NCBI GenBank assembly: GCA_963851265.1
Contig: CAWKNZ010000001.1
Span: 96,001-160,000 of the forward strand
DNA: 64,000 bases
Reading direction: 5' to 3'
From: an uncultured Gemmatimonadales bacterium
GTDB taxonomy: Bacteria > Gemmatimonadota > Gemmatimonadetes > Gemmatimonadales > Gemmatimonadaceae
Shown: positions 47,589 through 56,522 of the stretch, piece by piece
How positions within the stretch are numbered: position 1 is the stretch's first letter
Layout of the letters: each line of letters starts with the position of its first letter
Position numbers and translations under genes: made by a program
Notes under the pieces: model-generated
Told to the model about the DNA's origin: nothing
What the model saw: only the letters and a program-made list of their open reading frames with translations
Database searches by the model: none

Positions 47589-48587
47589 ATGGCCGACGCG
47601 CTGGCGAGCAAGGGCCGCGCGGTCGAGGAGTGGGTCGACCTCCGCTTCTTTCGCCCCGTCGGCATGCGCCTCGCCCGGGCGCTGCTGCCGACCCCGGTCT
47701 CGCCCGACCACGTCACGCTGGGCTGCCTGGCCCTCGGCCTCGCCGCAGGGTGGTGCTTCGTCCCCGCCAGCCCCGCGGTCAACGCGCTCGGGTTCGCGCT
47801 GTTCATCGCGTCCGACCTGCTCGACAGCGCCGACGGGCAGCTCGCGCGGCTCCGCGGCTCGTCCACGCGGTTCGGGCGCATCGTCGACGGCGTGTCGGAC
47901 AACACGCGCTTCATCAACCTGTACCTCAGCATCCTCGCGCGCCTCACGCTCACCGACGGGTGGCCGTGGTGGCCGGCGCTGCTGCTCGCGGCCGCGGCGG
48001 GCGTGAGCCACTCGTACCAGAGCGCGGCCGTGGATGCGGTGCGCAACGCGTACCTCGAAGTCGCGGAGCGCGGCGCCGGCGAGTTCGAACTGCCCGAGGA
48101 CACGCCGCCCGCGTCGGGCAACCCGCTGCTGCGCCTCGCGCAGGGCGGCTACGCCGCCTACGTGCGGCGGCAGGCGCTGCTGCTTCCCGCGACCGTGCGC
48201 CTCGTACGGCGCCTGCGCCGGCTGGACGGGCGCCCGCGGGGCGACCGCCCGGGGGTCGACGGGGCGGCGCGGGCCGCGCGCGACGCCTACGCCGAGCGCG
48301 AGGCGCCCGTGGTGCGCCAGTTCGCGTGGCTCGGGCAGAACATCCGCTTTCCGCTCGTCGCGATCCCGTGCGTCGTCGGGCGCCCGTCGGCGTTCCTCTG
48401 GCTGACGCTCGTCCCGCTCAACCTCGTGCTCGCGGCGGCGCTCGTCGCGCACGAGGGGCGTGCGGCGCGGGTCGCGGCGGCGCTCGACCGCGCCGCGCCC
48501 GAAGGCCCCACGTCCGAGGACCCGACGTCCGCCGCCGGCGAACGCGGGCCGGCCGCGGCCGCGGCGGGTGCGTATGCCCGCGGCTGA
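47589..48587 (+). CDS. CDP-alcohol phosphotransferase family protein
   Basis: Signature DSADGQLAR...FGRIVDGVSD; N-terminal EEWVDLRFFRP; PDHVT. Confidence 0.9.
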   Translation: MADALASKGRAVEEWVDLRFFRPVGMRLARALLPTPVSPDHVTLGCLALGLAAGWCFVPASPAVNALGFALFIASDLLDSADGQLARLRGSSTRFGRIVDGVSDNTRFINLYLSILARLTLTDGWPWWPALLLAAAAGVSHSYQSAAVDAVRNAYLEVAERGAGEFELPEDTPPASGNPLLRLAQGGYAAYVRRQALLLPATVRLVRRLRRLDGRPRGDRPGVDGAARAARDAYAEREAPVVRQFAWLGQNIRFPLVAIPCVVGRPSAFLWLTLVPLNLVLAAALVAHEGRAARVAAALDRAAPEGPTSEDPTSAAGERGPAAAAAGAYARG

Positions 48588-49659
48588 CGCGCGCGACGCC
48601 CGGAACTCCGCCCCCCGCCGTTGGCGCGGCGCGATCGTCGGGCTCGGCGGGATCGCGACGGGCTCGCACCTGCCCGCGTTCCGCGCCACGCCGGCCCTGC
48701 GCCAACGCGCGGAGGTCGTCTGCGCGGTCGACCCGCGGCACGCGGCGGCGGGCACGTTAGGCGGCCTGCGCGTCCTCCCCGACCTCGACGCGCTGGGCGG
48801 GGCGGGCGTCGACTTCGTCGACCTCGCGACGCCGAGCGCGACGCACGTCGCGCTCTCCCGGGACGCCCTCGCGCGCGGGCTGCACGTGCTCTGCGAGAAG
48901 CCGGTCGCCACGCGCCGCGCCGACGCGCTCGCGCTCGCCCGGCTCGCGCGCGAGGCGGGGCGCGTACTCGTGCCCTGCCACCAGTACCGCTTCAACCCGG
49001 TGTGGCGGCGCATCGGCGCGTGGCTCCGGGACGACGCGATCGGGCGCTGGCACCTGATCGAGGTGAGCGTGCACCGCGCCGGCGCCGACCCCGGGCAGCA
49101 GGGCGCCGACGAGGCGCTTCCCTGGCGCGTGCGCCGCGCCGACGCGGGCGGCGGCGTGCTCGTCGACCACGGCACCCACCTGCTCTACACCCTCCTCGAC
49201 CTCGGCGGCGCCCTGCCCGACCGCGTGAGCGCGTACACGGGGCGGCTGGCGCACGCGGAGTACGAAGTCGAGGACACGGCCGAGGTGCGCCTGGAGTACC
49301 ACGACGCCGAGGGCGACCGCGCGGCGCGGCTGTTCTGCACGTGGGCCGACCGGCGGCGCGAGACGCGGGTGAACGTGGTCGGCGCGCGCGGCGCGATCCG
49401 CTGGGTCGACGGCCTGCTCACGCTCGAGCGAGACGGCGAGGTCGAGACGCACGACGTCTCGCGCGAGCTGGACAAGGCCGCGTACGCGGGTTGGTTCGCC
49501 GAGCTGTTCGAGGACTTCGTGGGCGTGCTCGATGCCGGCGCGGGGAGCCAGCGGGCCGAGCGGGCGCTCGACGACGTCGTGCGGGTCGCAACGGTGCTGG
49601 AGGCGGCGTACGGGTCGGCCGCGTGCGGTGCGGGGGTGCGGCCGCTCGGCGCCGATTAG
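48574..49659 (+). CDS. Gfo/Idh/MocA family NAD(P)-dependent oxidoreductase
   Basis: IVGLGGIA, ATPSATH, HVLCEKP, QYRFNP, GGGVLVDHGTH, VEDTA. Confidence 0.9.
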   Translation: MPAADARDARNSAPRRWRGAIVGLGGIATGSHLPAFRATPALRQRAEVVCAVDPRHAAAGTLGGLRVLPDLDALGGAGVDFVDLATPSATHVALSRDALARGLHVLCEKPVATRRADALALARLAREAGRVLVPCHQYRFNPVWRRIGAWLRDDAIGRWHLIEVSVHRAGADPGQQGADEALPWRVRRADAGGGVLVDHGTHLLYTLLDLGGALPDRVSAYTGRLAHAEYEVEDTAEVRLEYHDAEGDRAARLFCTWADRRRETRVNVVGARGAIRWVDGLLTLERDGEVETHDVSRELDKAAYAGWFAELFEDFVGVLDAGAGSQRAERALDDVVRVATVLEAAYGSAACGAGVRPLGAD

Positions 49660-49730
49660 CGAAATCGTTCGGCCCGTAGCATCCTGCACGGCCGCAGGGC
49701 GACGTCCGACCCCCAGCTCCCACCCCACCC

Positions 49731-51440
49731 ATGCGCACGCCCCTCTCCGCCCGCCGCGCCCTCGCGGTGCTCCTCGCCATCTCGTCCGCCGCCCTCGGCA
49801 CCGCCGCCGTCGGCACCGCCGCCGTCGCGCAGCAACCCGCGCCGCCCGCCGGGCCGCCCGCGGCGCCGCCGCGCCAGCCCGACGCCTCGGACTCGATCAA
49901 GTACGTCTACGCGAGTACGCCCCGCCTCGACGCGCTCAAGGCGGAGGCGGCGCGTGAGGTCGATGCGCGCGCGAAGCAGATCCAGGTGATGGTCGACCAG
50001 GTGTTCTCGTACGGCGAGCTCGGGATGCAGGAGGTCGAGACCTCGCGCTACCTGTCGGGGATCCTCGAGCAGAACGGGTTCACCGTCACCCGCGGCGTGG
50101 CCGGCCTCCCCACCGCGTTCGTCGCGCGCTGGGGCTCGGGCAAGCCCGTGATCTCGCTCGGCTCCGACATCGACGACATCCCGCAGGCGGGGCAGAAGCC
50201 CGGCGTCGGCTACCGCGACCCGATCGTCGCGGGCGCGCCCGGGCACGGCGAGGGGCACAACTCGGGCGTGCCGCTCAACATCGCGGCCGCGCTCGTGGTG
50301 AAGAAGATCATGGAGCGCGAGCACCTGCCGGGCACGCTCGTGCTCTGGCCCGGGGTGGCCGAGGAGGCGATGGCGGGCAAGGCGTTCCTAGTGCGCGACG
50401 GCGTGTTCAAGGACGTCGACGTCACGCTGTTCACGCACGTGGGCGACCGCCTGGCCGTGAGTTGGGGGCAGAGTGGGAGTAATGCGCTCATCTCGGCCCT
50501 CTTCAAGTTCCGCGGCACCAGCGCGCACGCCGCGGCCGCGCCGTGGCGCGGGCGGAGCGCGCTCGACGCGGTGATGCTGATGGCCAACGCGTGGGAGTTC
50601 CACCGCGAGCACATGGAGCTGCAGCAGCGCTCGCACTACGTGATCCCCGACGGCGGCGACCAGCCTAACGTGGTGCCCACCACGGCGAGCATCTGGTTCT
50701 ACTTCCGCGAGCGCGACTACGACCGCACGCGCCGGATGTTCGACGACGCGCGCAAGATGGCCGAGGGCGCGACGCTGATGACCGGCACGCAGCTCGACAC
50801 CGTGCAGATGGTCGGCTCGGGGTGGAGCGGGTACTTCTCGCGCCCGGTGGCCGAGGCGATGTACCAGAACATCAAGGCCGTGGGCATGCCCACGTGGGAC
50901 GCGCGCGACCAGGCACTCGCGCGCGGCATCCAGCGCGAGCTCGGCGTGCCCGACAGCGGGCTCTCGACGCGCCCGGGGCGACTCGTCGGGCCGGTCAACG
51001 AGGCCACGCGCATGGGCGGCGGCTCGGACGACATCGGCGACGTGAGCTGGACCGTGCCGACCATCACGCTCAACTATCCGTCCAACATCCCCAACCTGCC
51101 CGGCCACAACTGGGCCAACGCCATCGCGATGGCCACGCCCATCGCGCACAAGGGCGTCGTGGCGGGCGCCAAGGTGCAGGCGATGACGATGCTCGACCTG
51201 CTGTTCCAGCCGAAGCTCGTCGCCGACGCGTGGGACTTCTTCAACACGGTGCAGACCAAGACGGTCAAGTACCGCCCCTTCTTCGCGGCCACCGACAAGC
51301 CCCCCACGTGGCTCAATGAGGGGATCATGGCGAAGTACCGCCCCGAGATGAAAAAGTACTATTACGATCCCAAGAAGTACGGCACGTACCTCGAGCAGCT
51401 CGGCATCACCTACCCGACGGTGCGCAAGGTTGTCCAGTAG
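49731..51440 (+). CDS. secreted M20 amidohydrolase (AbgB-like)
   Basis: ELGMQEVETS, PTAFVA.WGSGKP, GHGEGHNSG, AEE, HAAAAPWRGRSALDAV, GSDDIGDVSW. Confidence 0.88.
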   Translation: MRTPLSARRALAVLLAISSAALGTAAVGTAAVAQQPAPPAGPPAAPPRQPDASDSIKYVYASTPRLDALKAEAAREVDARAKQIQVMVDQVFSYGELGMQEVETSRYLSGILEQNGFTVTRGVAGLPTAFVARWGSGKPVISLGSDIDDIPQAGQKPGVGYRDPIVAGAPGHGEGHNSGVPLNIAAALVVKKIMEREHLPGTLVLWPGVAEEAMAGKAFLVRDGVFKDVDVTLFTHVGDRLAVSWGQSGSNALISALFKFRGTSAHAAAAPWRGRSALDAVMLMANAWEFHREHMELQQRSHYVIPDGGDQPNVVPTTASIWFYFRERDYDRTRRMFDDARKMAEGATLMTGTQLDTVQMVGSGWSGYFSRPVAEAMYQNIKAVGMPTWDARDQALARGIQRELGVPDSGLSTRPGRLVGPVNEATRMGGGSDDIGDVSWTVPTITLNYPSNIPNLPGHNWANAIAMATPIAHKGVVAGAKVQAMTMLDLLFQPKLVADAWDFFNTVQTKTVKYRPFFAATDKPPTWLNEGIMAKYRPEMKKYYYDPKKYGTYLEQLGITYPTVRKVVQ

Positions 51441-51464
51441 GGGCCGGCGCGCGGCCGCGGCCGG

Positions 51465-52541
51465 GTGAACCGCCGCGTTCAGGTTGGCGCGTTCCTCGCC
51501 GGCGTCGCGTTCCTCGCCTGGCTCGTCGTCACCACCGGTGCGCGTGCGATCCTCCGCGACCTCGCGCGCACCGGCTGGACGTTCGTCCCGCTCGTCCTGG
51601 TCTGGGGCGGCGTCTACGCGCTGAATACGGTCGCCTGGCTCGCGCTGCTGCGCGGGGCCGTCACGGCCGACGCCGCCGACGCGCGTGGGCAGCCGGCGCC
51701 GGGGGTGAGCGCGCTCGAGGGGATCGGCGTCGTGCCGTTCCCCCGCGCGTTCGCGATCACCGTCTCCGCGTTCGCGCTCAACTACGTCACGCCGTTCGTC
51801 AGTCTCGGCGGCGAGCCGTTCAAGGGCGCCGCGGCGGCGCGCTGGGTGGGGCGGCCGCGCGCGGCGGCGAGCGTCGTCGGCTTCCGCATCGTCCACACCC
51901 TCGGCCAGTTCCTCTTCTGGGTGCTGAGCATCCCGGTGGCGTGGGCGGTGCTCCCCGCGGACCGCACGATGCGCGCGCTACTGCTCGCGGCCAGCGTGGT
52001 GCTCGTCCCGGCGAGCGCGGGCGCGCTGCTGCTGCTCCGCGCGCGCGTGCTCGAGCGCGGGCTCGACGCGCTCGGCCGCGTGCGGCTCGGCCGCGCGCTC
52101 GACGCGTTAGGCGCGCGGCTGCTGGCGCGCCTCGAGCCGCGCCGCGCCGCGCTCGCCGCGGTCGACGCGGACCTCGCCGCGGTGGCCCGCCACCCCGCGA
52201 CGCTCGCCGTCGCGCTGGGCGCGGAGGTCGCCGGGCGCTTCCTGGCCGCGGTCGAGTTCGTGCTCGTCGCGCGCGTCGTCGGCGCGCGGTTCGGGTACGC
52301 CGACGCGGTGGTCGCCGCGGGCGTGTCGCAGGTCGTGATGAACCTGCTGTTCTTCGTCCCCTTCGAGGCCGGCACGCGCGAGGGCGGGCTCTTTCTCGTC
52401 GCGCGGCTGCTCGGACTGGCGCCGGCGGTGGGCGTCTACGCCGCGCTCGTCACCCGGCTGCGCGAGCTGACGTGGATCGGGATCGGGCTGGCGCTGATCT
52501 GGGCGACCGGGTCCGGCGGGCGGGCGCGGAACGAGGCGTAG
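51465..52541 (+). CDS. lysylphosphatidylglycerol-synthase TM / UPF0104 flippase-like membrane protein
   Basis: FALNYVTPFVSLGGEPFK, FFVPFEAGTREGG, TRLRELTW; multiple TM segments. Confidence 0.8.
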   Translation: MNRRVQVGAFLAGVAFLAWLVVTTGARAILRDLARTGWTFVPLVLVWGGVYALNTVAWLALLRGAVTADAADARGQPAPGVSALEGIGVVPFPRAFAITVSAFALNYVTPFVSLGGEPFKGAAAARWVGRPRAAASVVGFRIVHTLGQFLFWVLSIPVAWAVLPADRTMRALLLAASVVLVPASAGALLLLRARVLERGLDALGRVRLGRALDALGARLLARLEPRRAALAAVDADLAAVARHPATLAVALGAEVAGRFLAAVEFVLVARVVGARFGYADAVVAAGVSQVVMNLLFFVPFEAGTREGGLFLVARLLGLAPAVGVYAALVTRLRELTWIGIGLALIWATGSGGRARNEA

Positions 52542-52557
52542 GCCGCGCCGGGGCCGC

Positions 52558-53760
52558 CTACAGCTCCCGGTCGTACAGGCGGTAGCGCTTCGTGATCTCC
52601 GCCCCGAGCTTCTCCATCGGCGTGCGCATGGCCATGTTGTCCTCGAGGATCCACGAGAACTCGCCGCTGCGCATCTTCTTCCGGATGCCCGTGCGGAAGA
52701 GGTACAGGTAGAGCAGCTCCGCCGCGCCGGTGCGCCGGAATTTCGGGAGCACGCCGAGCGTGAGCACGCGCAGCGCGTTGATCTTGCGCCCGTACCAGAG
52801 GCCCTTCGCCCAGCCGATCGGGAAGAGGCTCCCGTTCATCGGCTTGAGCGCCTGGTTGAGGTCGGGCAGCGCGATGGCGAAGCCGGCCGTCTCGCCCTTG
52901 ACCTCGACGAAGGCGACGAGGTCGAAATCCGCCACCGGCTTGAGCTGCTTCGCCAGGTGGTCGAACTCCTCGGGCGTGAACGGGACGAAGCCCCAGTTCG
53001 CCTCCCACGCGCCGTTGTACAGGTCGCGGATGCGCGTGATCTCGGCGTCGAAATTCTTCTTGTCGAACGGACGGACGACCACGCCGAAGCGCTCGCGCGC
53101 GAGGCGCTCGAAGTTGCGCAGGCGCTCCGGGATGTGGGGTGTCGCCTCCTCCTCGGTCGCGTTCGGCGGCACGCCGAGCGAGTCGGCCGAGAGCTCGTAG
53201 GCGAGCACGTCCTTGGCCTTGTGGAACCCCGCGCCCTCGATCAACTCCGCGTAGTACGGCGGGTTGTACGGCATCATGATGGACGGGTCGCGGTCGAACC
53301 CGTCGACGAGCAGCCCCCAATCCTCGTTGGACGAGAAGTTGGCCGGGCCGCGCATGACCGTGAGGCCGCGCTCGCGCAGCCAGTCGGCCGCCGCGTCGAG
53401 CAGCGCGCGTGCTACGTCGGGGCTGCGTTCGCACTCGAACAGCCCGAAGAACCCGACGGCCTCGTGATGCGTCTGTTCGTGCAGCCGGTTGCGGATCGCG
53501 GCCACGCGCCCGACGATCACGCCGGCCGAGTTGCGCGCGAGCAGCAGCTCCACCTCGGCGTGCGCGTGGAACGGGTGCTTCTTCGGATCGATGAGCGCGG
53601 CGACCTCGCCCTTGAGCGGGGGGACCCAGTGTGGCTCGGCGCGGTGCAGCCGGAAGGGCAGGTCGATGAACGCCCGCCTGTCGGCCGCACTGCGCACGGG
53701 CGTGATCTGAACGCGGGTCACGCGGCCGGTAGAGGGAGGAGATTCGAGCGACGTAGCCAA
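52558..53760 (-). CDS. GNAT-fold protein (YghO-like; bacterial ceramide-synthase family candidate)
   Basis: FIDLPFRL...HWVPPL, GRVAAI, GFFGLFE, MRGPANFS.NE.WGLLVDGF...MMPYNPPYY, AWEANWGFVP, LPDLNQ, LGVLPKFR, SWILEDN, KRYRLY. Confidence 0.8.
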   Translation of the reverse strand: MATSLESPPSTGRVTRVQITPVRSAADRRAFIDLPFRLHRAEPHWVPPLKGEVAALIDPKKHPFHAHAEVELLLARNSAGVIVGRVAAIRNRLHEQTHHEAVGFFGLFECERSPDVARALLDAAADWLRERGLTVMRGPANFSSNEDWGLLVDGFDRDPSIMMPYNPPYYAELIEGAGFHKAKDVLAYELSADSLGVPPNATEEEATPHIPERLRNFERLARERFGVVVRPFDKKNFDAEITRIRDLYNGAWEANWGFVPFTPEEFDHLAKQLKPVADFDLVAFVEVKGETAGFAIALPDLNQALKPMNGSLFPIGWAKGLWYGRKINALRVLTLGVLPKFRRTGAAELLYLYLFRTGIRKKMRSGEFSWILEDNMAMRTPMEKLGAEITKRYRLYDREL

Positions 53761-54010
53761 AACGATTCGGGTTTGAGTGCTCTCCCAATGTGCGCCGCGC
53801 TACCACGGCGCGCCATGCGCGCACCAGGCCTCGGGAGCAAACAAGCCACCAAGTCGCATTCGGAATGGTTCGTGCTCGCCCTCGCGTTCGGCGCGCGGCG
53901 GCACGGCGGGTCCAGATCGGCGTGGACGTCCACATGTCTGCACGACGTCGGTGCCCGTTCACCTCGAACGGGCGCCACGCGCGATTGGACGCTTGCGTAC
54001 ACTAGCGTAC

Positions 54011-54478
54011 ATGGCTCTTCCGACCCACATGACGACGTCGTCGGTTCCGACCCCCGCCACGACCGCCACCGCAGGCACCGTTCCCGCGCGCTGGACGGAC
54101 CTCGTGCTGCTCGCGCTCCGCATCGTCGTGGGGCTCATGTTCGCCTGCCACGGAGCACAGAAGCTCCTCGGCTGGTTTGGTGGCCCCGGGGGCAAGGGCG
54201 GGTCGGTGCCGCTGTTCACGCTCCCGGGCATCGCCGGCGTGCTCGAGCTCATCGGCGGGGCGCTGATCGTGGTCGGATTCTCGACGCGCGCGGTCGCGTT
54301 CGTGCTCGCCGGGGAGATGGCCGTGGCGTATCTCATGGCTCACGCCCCGCGCGGCTTCCTGCCGATCGTGAACCACGGCGAGCCGGCGGTGCTCTACTGC
54401 TTCCTGTTCCTGGCCCTGTGGGCGGTAGGTCCGGGCGCCTACAGCGTGGACGCGCGGCGCGGGCTCGCGCGCGGCTGA
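54011..54478 (+). CDS. DoxX family membrane protein
   Basis: LRIVVGLMFACHGAQKLLG, AFVLAGEMAVAY..AH, NHGEPAVLYCF, GPGAYSVD. Confidence 0.9.
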   Translation: MALPTHMTTSSVPTPATTATAGTVPARWTDLVLLALRIVVGLMFACHGAQKLLGWFGGPGGKGGSVPLFTLPGIAGVLELIGGALIVVGFSTRAVAFVLAGEMAVAYLMAHAPRGFLPIVNHGEPAVLYCFLFLALWAVGPGAYSVDARRGLARG

Positions 54479-54510
54479 GACGCGCGCGGGCTGAGACGCG
54501 CGCGGGCTGA
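54466..54510. repeat. tandem ~16-bp repeat GACGCGCGCGGGCTGA at the doxX stop
   Basis: cgcgcgcggctga gacgcgcgcgggctga gacgcgcgcgggctga. Confidence 0.7.
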
Positions 54511-54548
54511 CCCCGAGCGGGCCTGCCGTGAGCGCGGCGACCGGGACG

Positions 54549-55808
54549 TCAGGTGAGCAACAGCCGGGCGGCGAGAGCGACTCCCAGTGCCGGCGGCATC
54601 ACGACCGCCCCGGTCCTGAGAAAGCGCCAGAACCCCACGTTCTCGCCCTCGCGGCGGATGGCCGTGAGCCAGAGGACGGTCGCGAGCGAGCCGGTCACCG
54701 AGAGGTTGGGGCCGAGATCGACGCCGATCAGGAGGGCGTCGGTGACCTGCTGCGGCGGGTGCGCCCGCGCGAGCGTCGCGCTCGCGACGAGTCCCGCGGG
54801 CAGGTTGTTGGTCAGATTGCAGACGACCGCCAGCAGACCGCCCGCGCCCCACGCCGTCCCGTCCGGCGAGCGTTGCACGGCCGCGCGCAACGCGTCCGCC
54901 AGATCCCCGACGACTCCGGTGCGGTCCAGCGCTTCGACGAGGGCGAAGAGCCCCGCGACGAGCGGAAGCACCGCCCACGACACCTCGCGCACCAGCGGCA
55001 GCGGGGAGGTCCGCGTCCGCACGAGCACGGCGGCCGCGGTGAGCATCCCCAGCACGGCCGTCGGCAGGCCGAGCGGCCGGTCGAGCGCGGATACCGCGAG
55101 CAGCACCACCGCGGTCAGGACGATTCCGGCGAGCGCCGTCCAGCCCCCTGCCGACAGCGGCGGGCAGTCGAGGTCGCCCGCGCACGCGGTCCCGAGCCGC
55201 CGCCCCTCCACGAAGCGCAGCGCCGCATACGTGGCGACCACCGAGAGGGCGGAGGGGAGCGCGAACCCGGCCAGCCAGCGTCCCAACGGCGGCGTGTGGT
55301 TGCCGTAGAGCACGATGTTGGCGGGATTGGAGATCGGCAGCACGAAGCTCGCGGCGTTGGCGATGAACGCGCAGACGAACAGGTAGGGCAGGGGCTCGAC
55401 CCGCGCCTTTCTGGTCGCCGCGAACACCGCGGGGGTGAGCACGACGGCCGCCGCGTCGTTGGACAGAAAGGCGGTGATCACGGTGCCCACCGCGTAGACG
55501 AGCAGGAAGAGCCGCGTCGGCGACCGGTGCGCCGCATTCACGGCGAGTGCCGCGACGGTGTCGAACAGCCCCTCGCGCCGCGCGACCTCCGACAGGAGCA
55601 TCATCCCGACGAGGAAGAGATACACGTCGAGGCCCCGGGCCACGCCGGCGGCGGCGGCGCTGAGCGGCAGGAGTCCGAGCGCGACGAGCAGCACCGCGCC
55701 CGAGACGGCCCACACGGCTTCGGGCAGCTGGAATGGACGGACGATGACGCCGGCGGTGGCGAGCCCCGCGAGCCCCCATGTGAGTTCGCGACCCACGGCC
55801 GGCGTCAC
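54549..55808 (-). CDS. ArsB/NhaD-family anion permease (arsenic transporter-like)
   Basis: FLSNDAAAVVLTP, FIANAASFVLPISNPANIV, NNLPAGL, GVDLGPNLSVTGSLATVLW. Confidence 0.88.
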   Translation of the reverse strand: MTPAVGRELTWGLAGLATAGVIVRPFQLPEAVWAVSGAVLLVALGLLPLSAAAAGVARGLDVYLFLVGMMLLSEVARREGLFDTVAALAVNAAHRSPTRLFLLVYAVGTVITAFLSNDAAAVVLTPAVFAATRKARVEPLPYLFVCAFIANAASFVLPISNPANIVLYGNHTPPLGRWLAGFALPSALSVVATYAALRFVEGRRLGTACAGDLDCPPLSAGGWTALAGIVLTAVVLLAVSALDRPLGLPTAVLGMLTAAAVLVRTRTSPLPLVREVSWAVLPLVAGLFALVEALDRTGVVGDLADALRAAVQRSPDGTAWGAGGLLAVVCNLTNNLPAGLVASATLARAHPPQQVTDALLIGVDLGPNLSVTGSLATVLWLTAIRREGENVGFWRFLRTGAVVMPPALGVALAARLLLT

Positions 55809-56006
55809 GCCGGGGCAGAGCTGGAGCACGCCCGGGCACCCCGCACCGTCGTCGGGGCGAGGGCGCGCGGCGCGCACGTGTGGGGTCGGATCGTCAGCGG
55901 CTTCACGCTCGGTTCACGAACAGATTGAGATCGACCCGGCGGTGGATCGAGTGGCGCCCCGGGCGGATCGCGGCGGACCACCGCCCGGCCGCGCTAACTT
56001 GGCGGC

Positions 56007-56378
56007 ATGGAGGTCCAGATCTTCGGGCACAAGAAAGACGCCGCCACGCGCGCCGCGCAGCGCTTCTTCGCCGAACGGCGCGTGAAGGTCCACTTCGTCG
56101 ACTTCATGGACCGCTGGCCGTCGGCCGGCGAGCTGAAGCGCTTCGCACAGAAGTTCGGCGTCGAGGCGCTCCTCGACCGCGACGGGAAGCGCTTCGCCGA
56201 GCGCGGGCTCGCGCCGGCGCGCTACGGCGACGAGCGGTGGCTCGAGATGCTCGTCGACGACCCGTGGTTACTGCGCGTGCCGCTCGTGCGATGGCAGCAC
56301 AAGCTCACCATCGGCGCGGCCGAGCGGGAATGGAAGGGCTGGATCGAGGCGGACCGGGCGGGAACGACGGTGGCCTGA
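56007..56378 (+). CDS. ArsC/Spx/YffB-family protein lacking cysteine
   Basis: MEVQIFG.KK...RAAQRFFAERR, DPWLLRVPLVR, TIG; TAACTT 6 nt before the ATG. Confidence 0.75.
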   Translation: MEVQIFGHKKDAATRAAQRFFAERRVKVHFVDFMDRWPSAGELKRFAQKFGVEALLDRDGKRFAERGLAPARYGDERWLEMLVDDPWLLRVPLVRWQHKLTIGAAEREWKGWIEADRAGTTVA

Positions 56379-56522
56379 GGCGCTCCCCGGCCCCGGCCGG
56401 ATCGGCGTGACGCTCGCAGGGCCCGGGCGTCTCGGGAGTGTCCCGCGTTCGTGTCGACGCTCGGGCGATGCGCCCCGGTTGTTGTCCCGGGGGTCCCGTG
56501 CGCGGCCGCCCGCCGTCCTCTC

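Noticed and set aside
43482..49659. Cluster as an aminoglycoside or other secreted secondary-metabolite pathway
   Set aside because: No glycosyltransferases, cyclitol synthase, resistance or export genes; the CDP-alcohol phosphotransferase and flippase-like gene point to a membrane lipid, although a compatible-solute product is not excluded.
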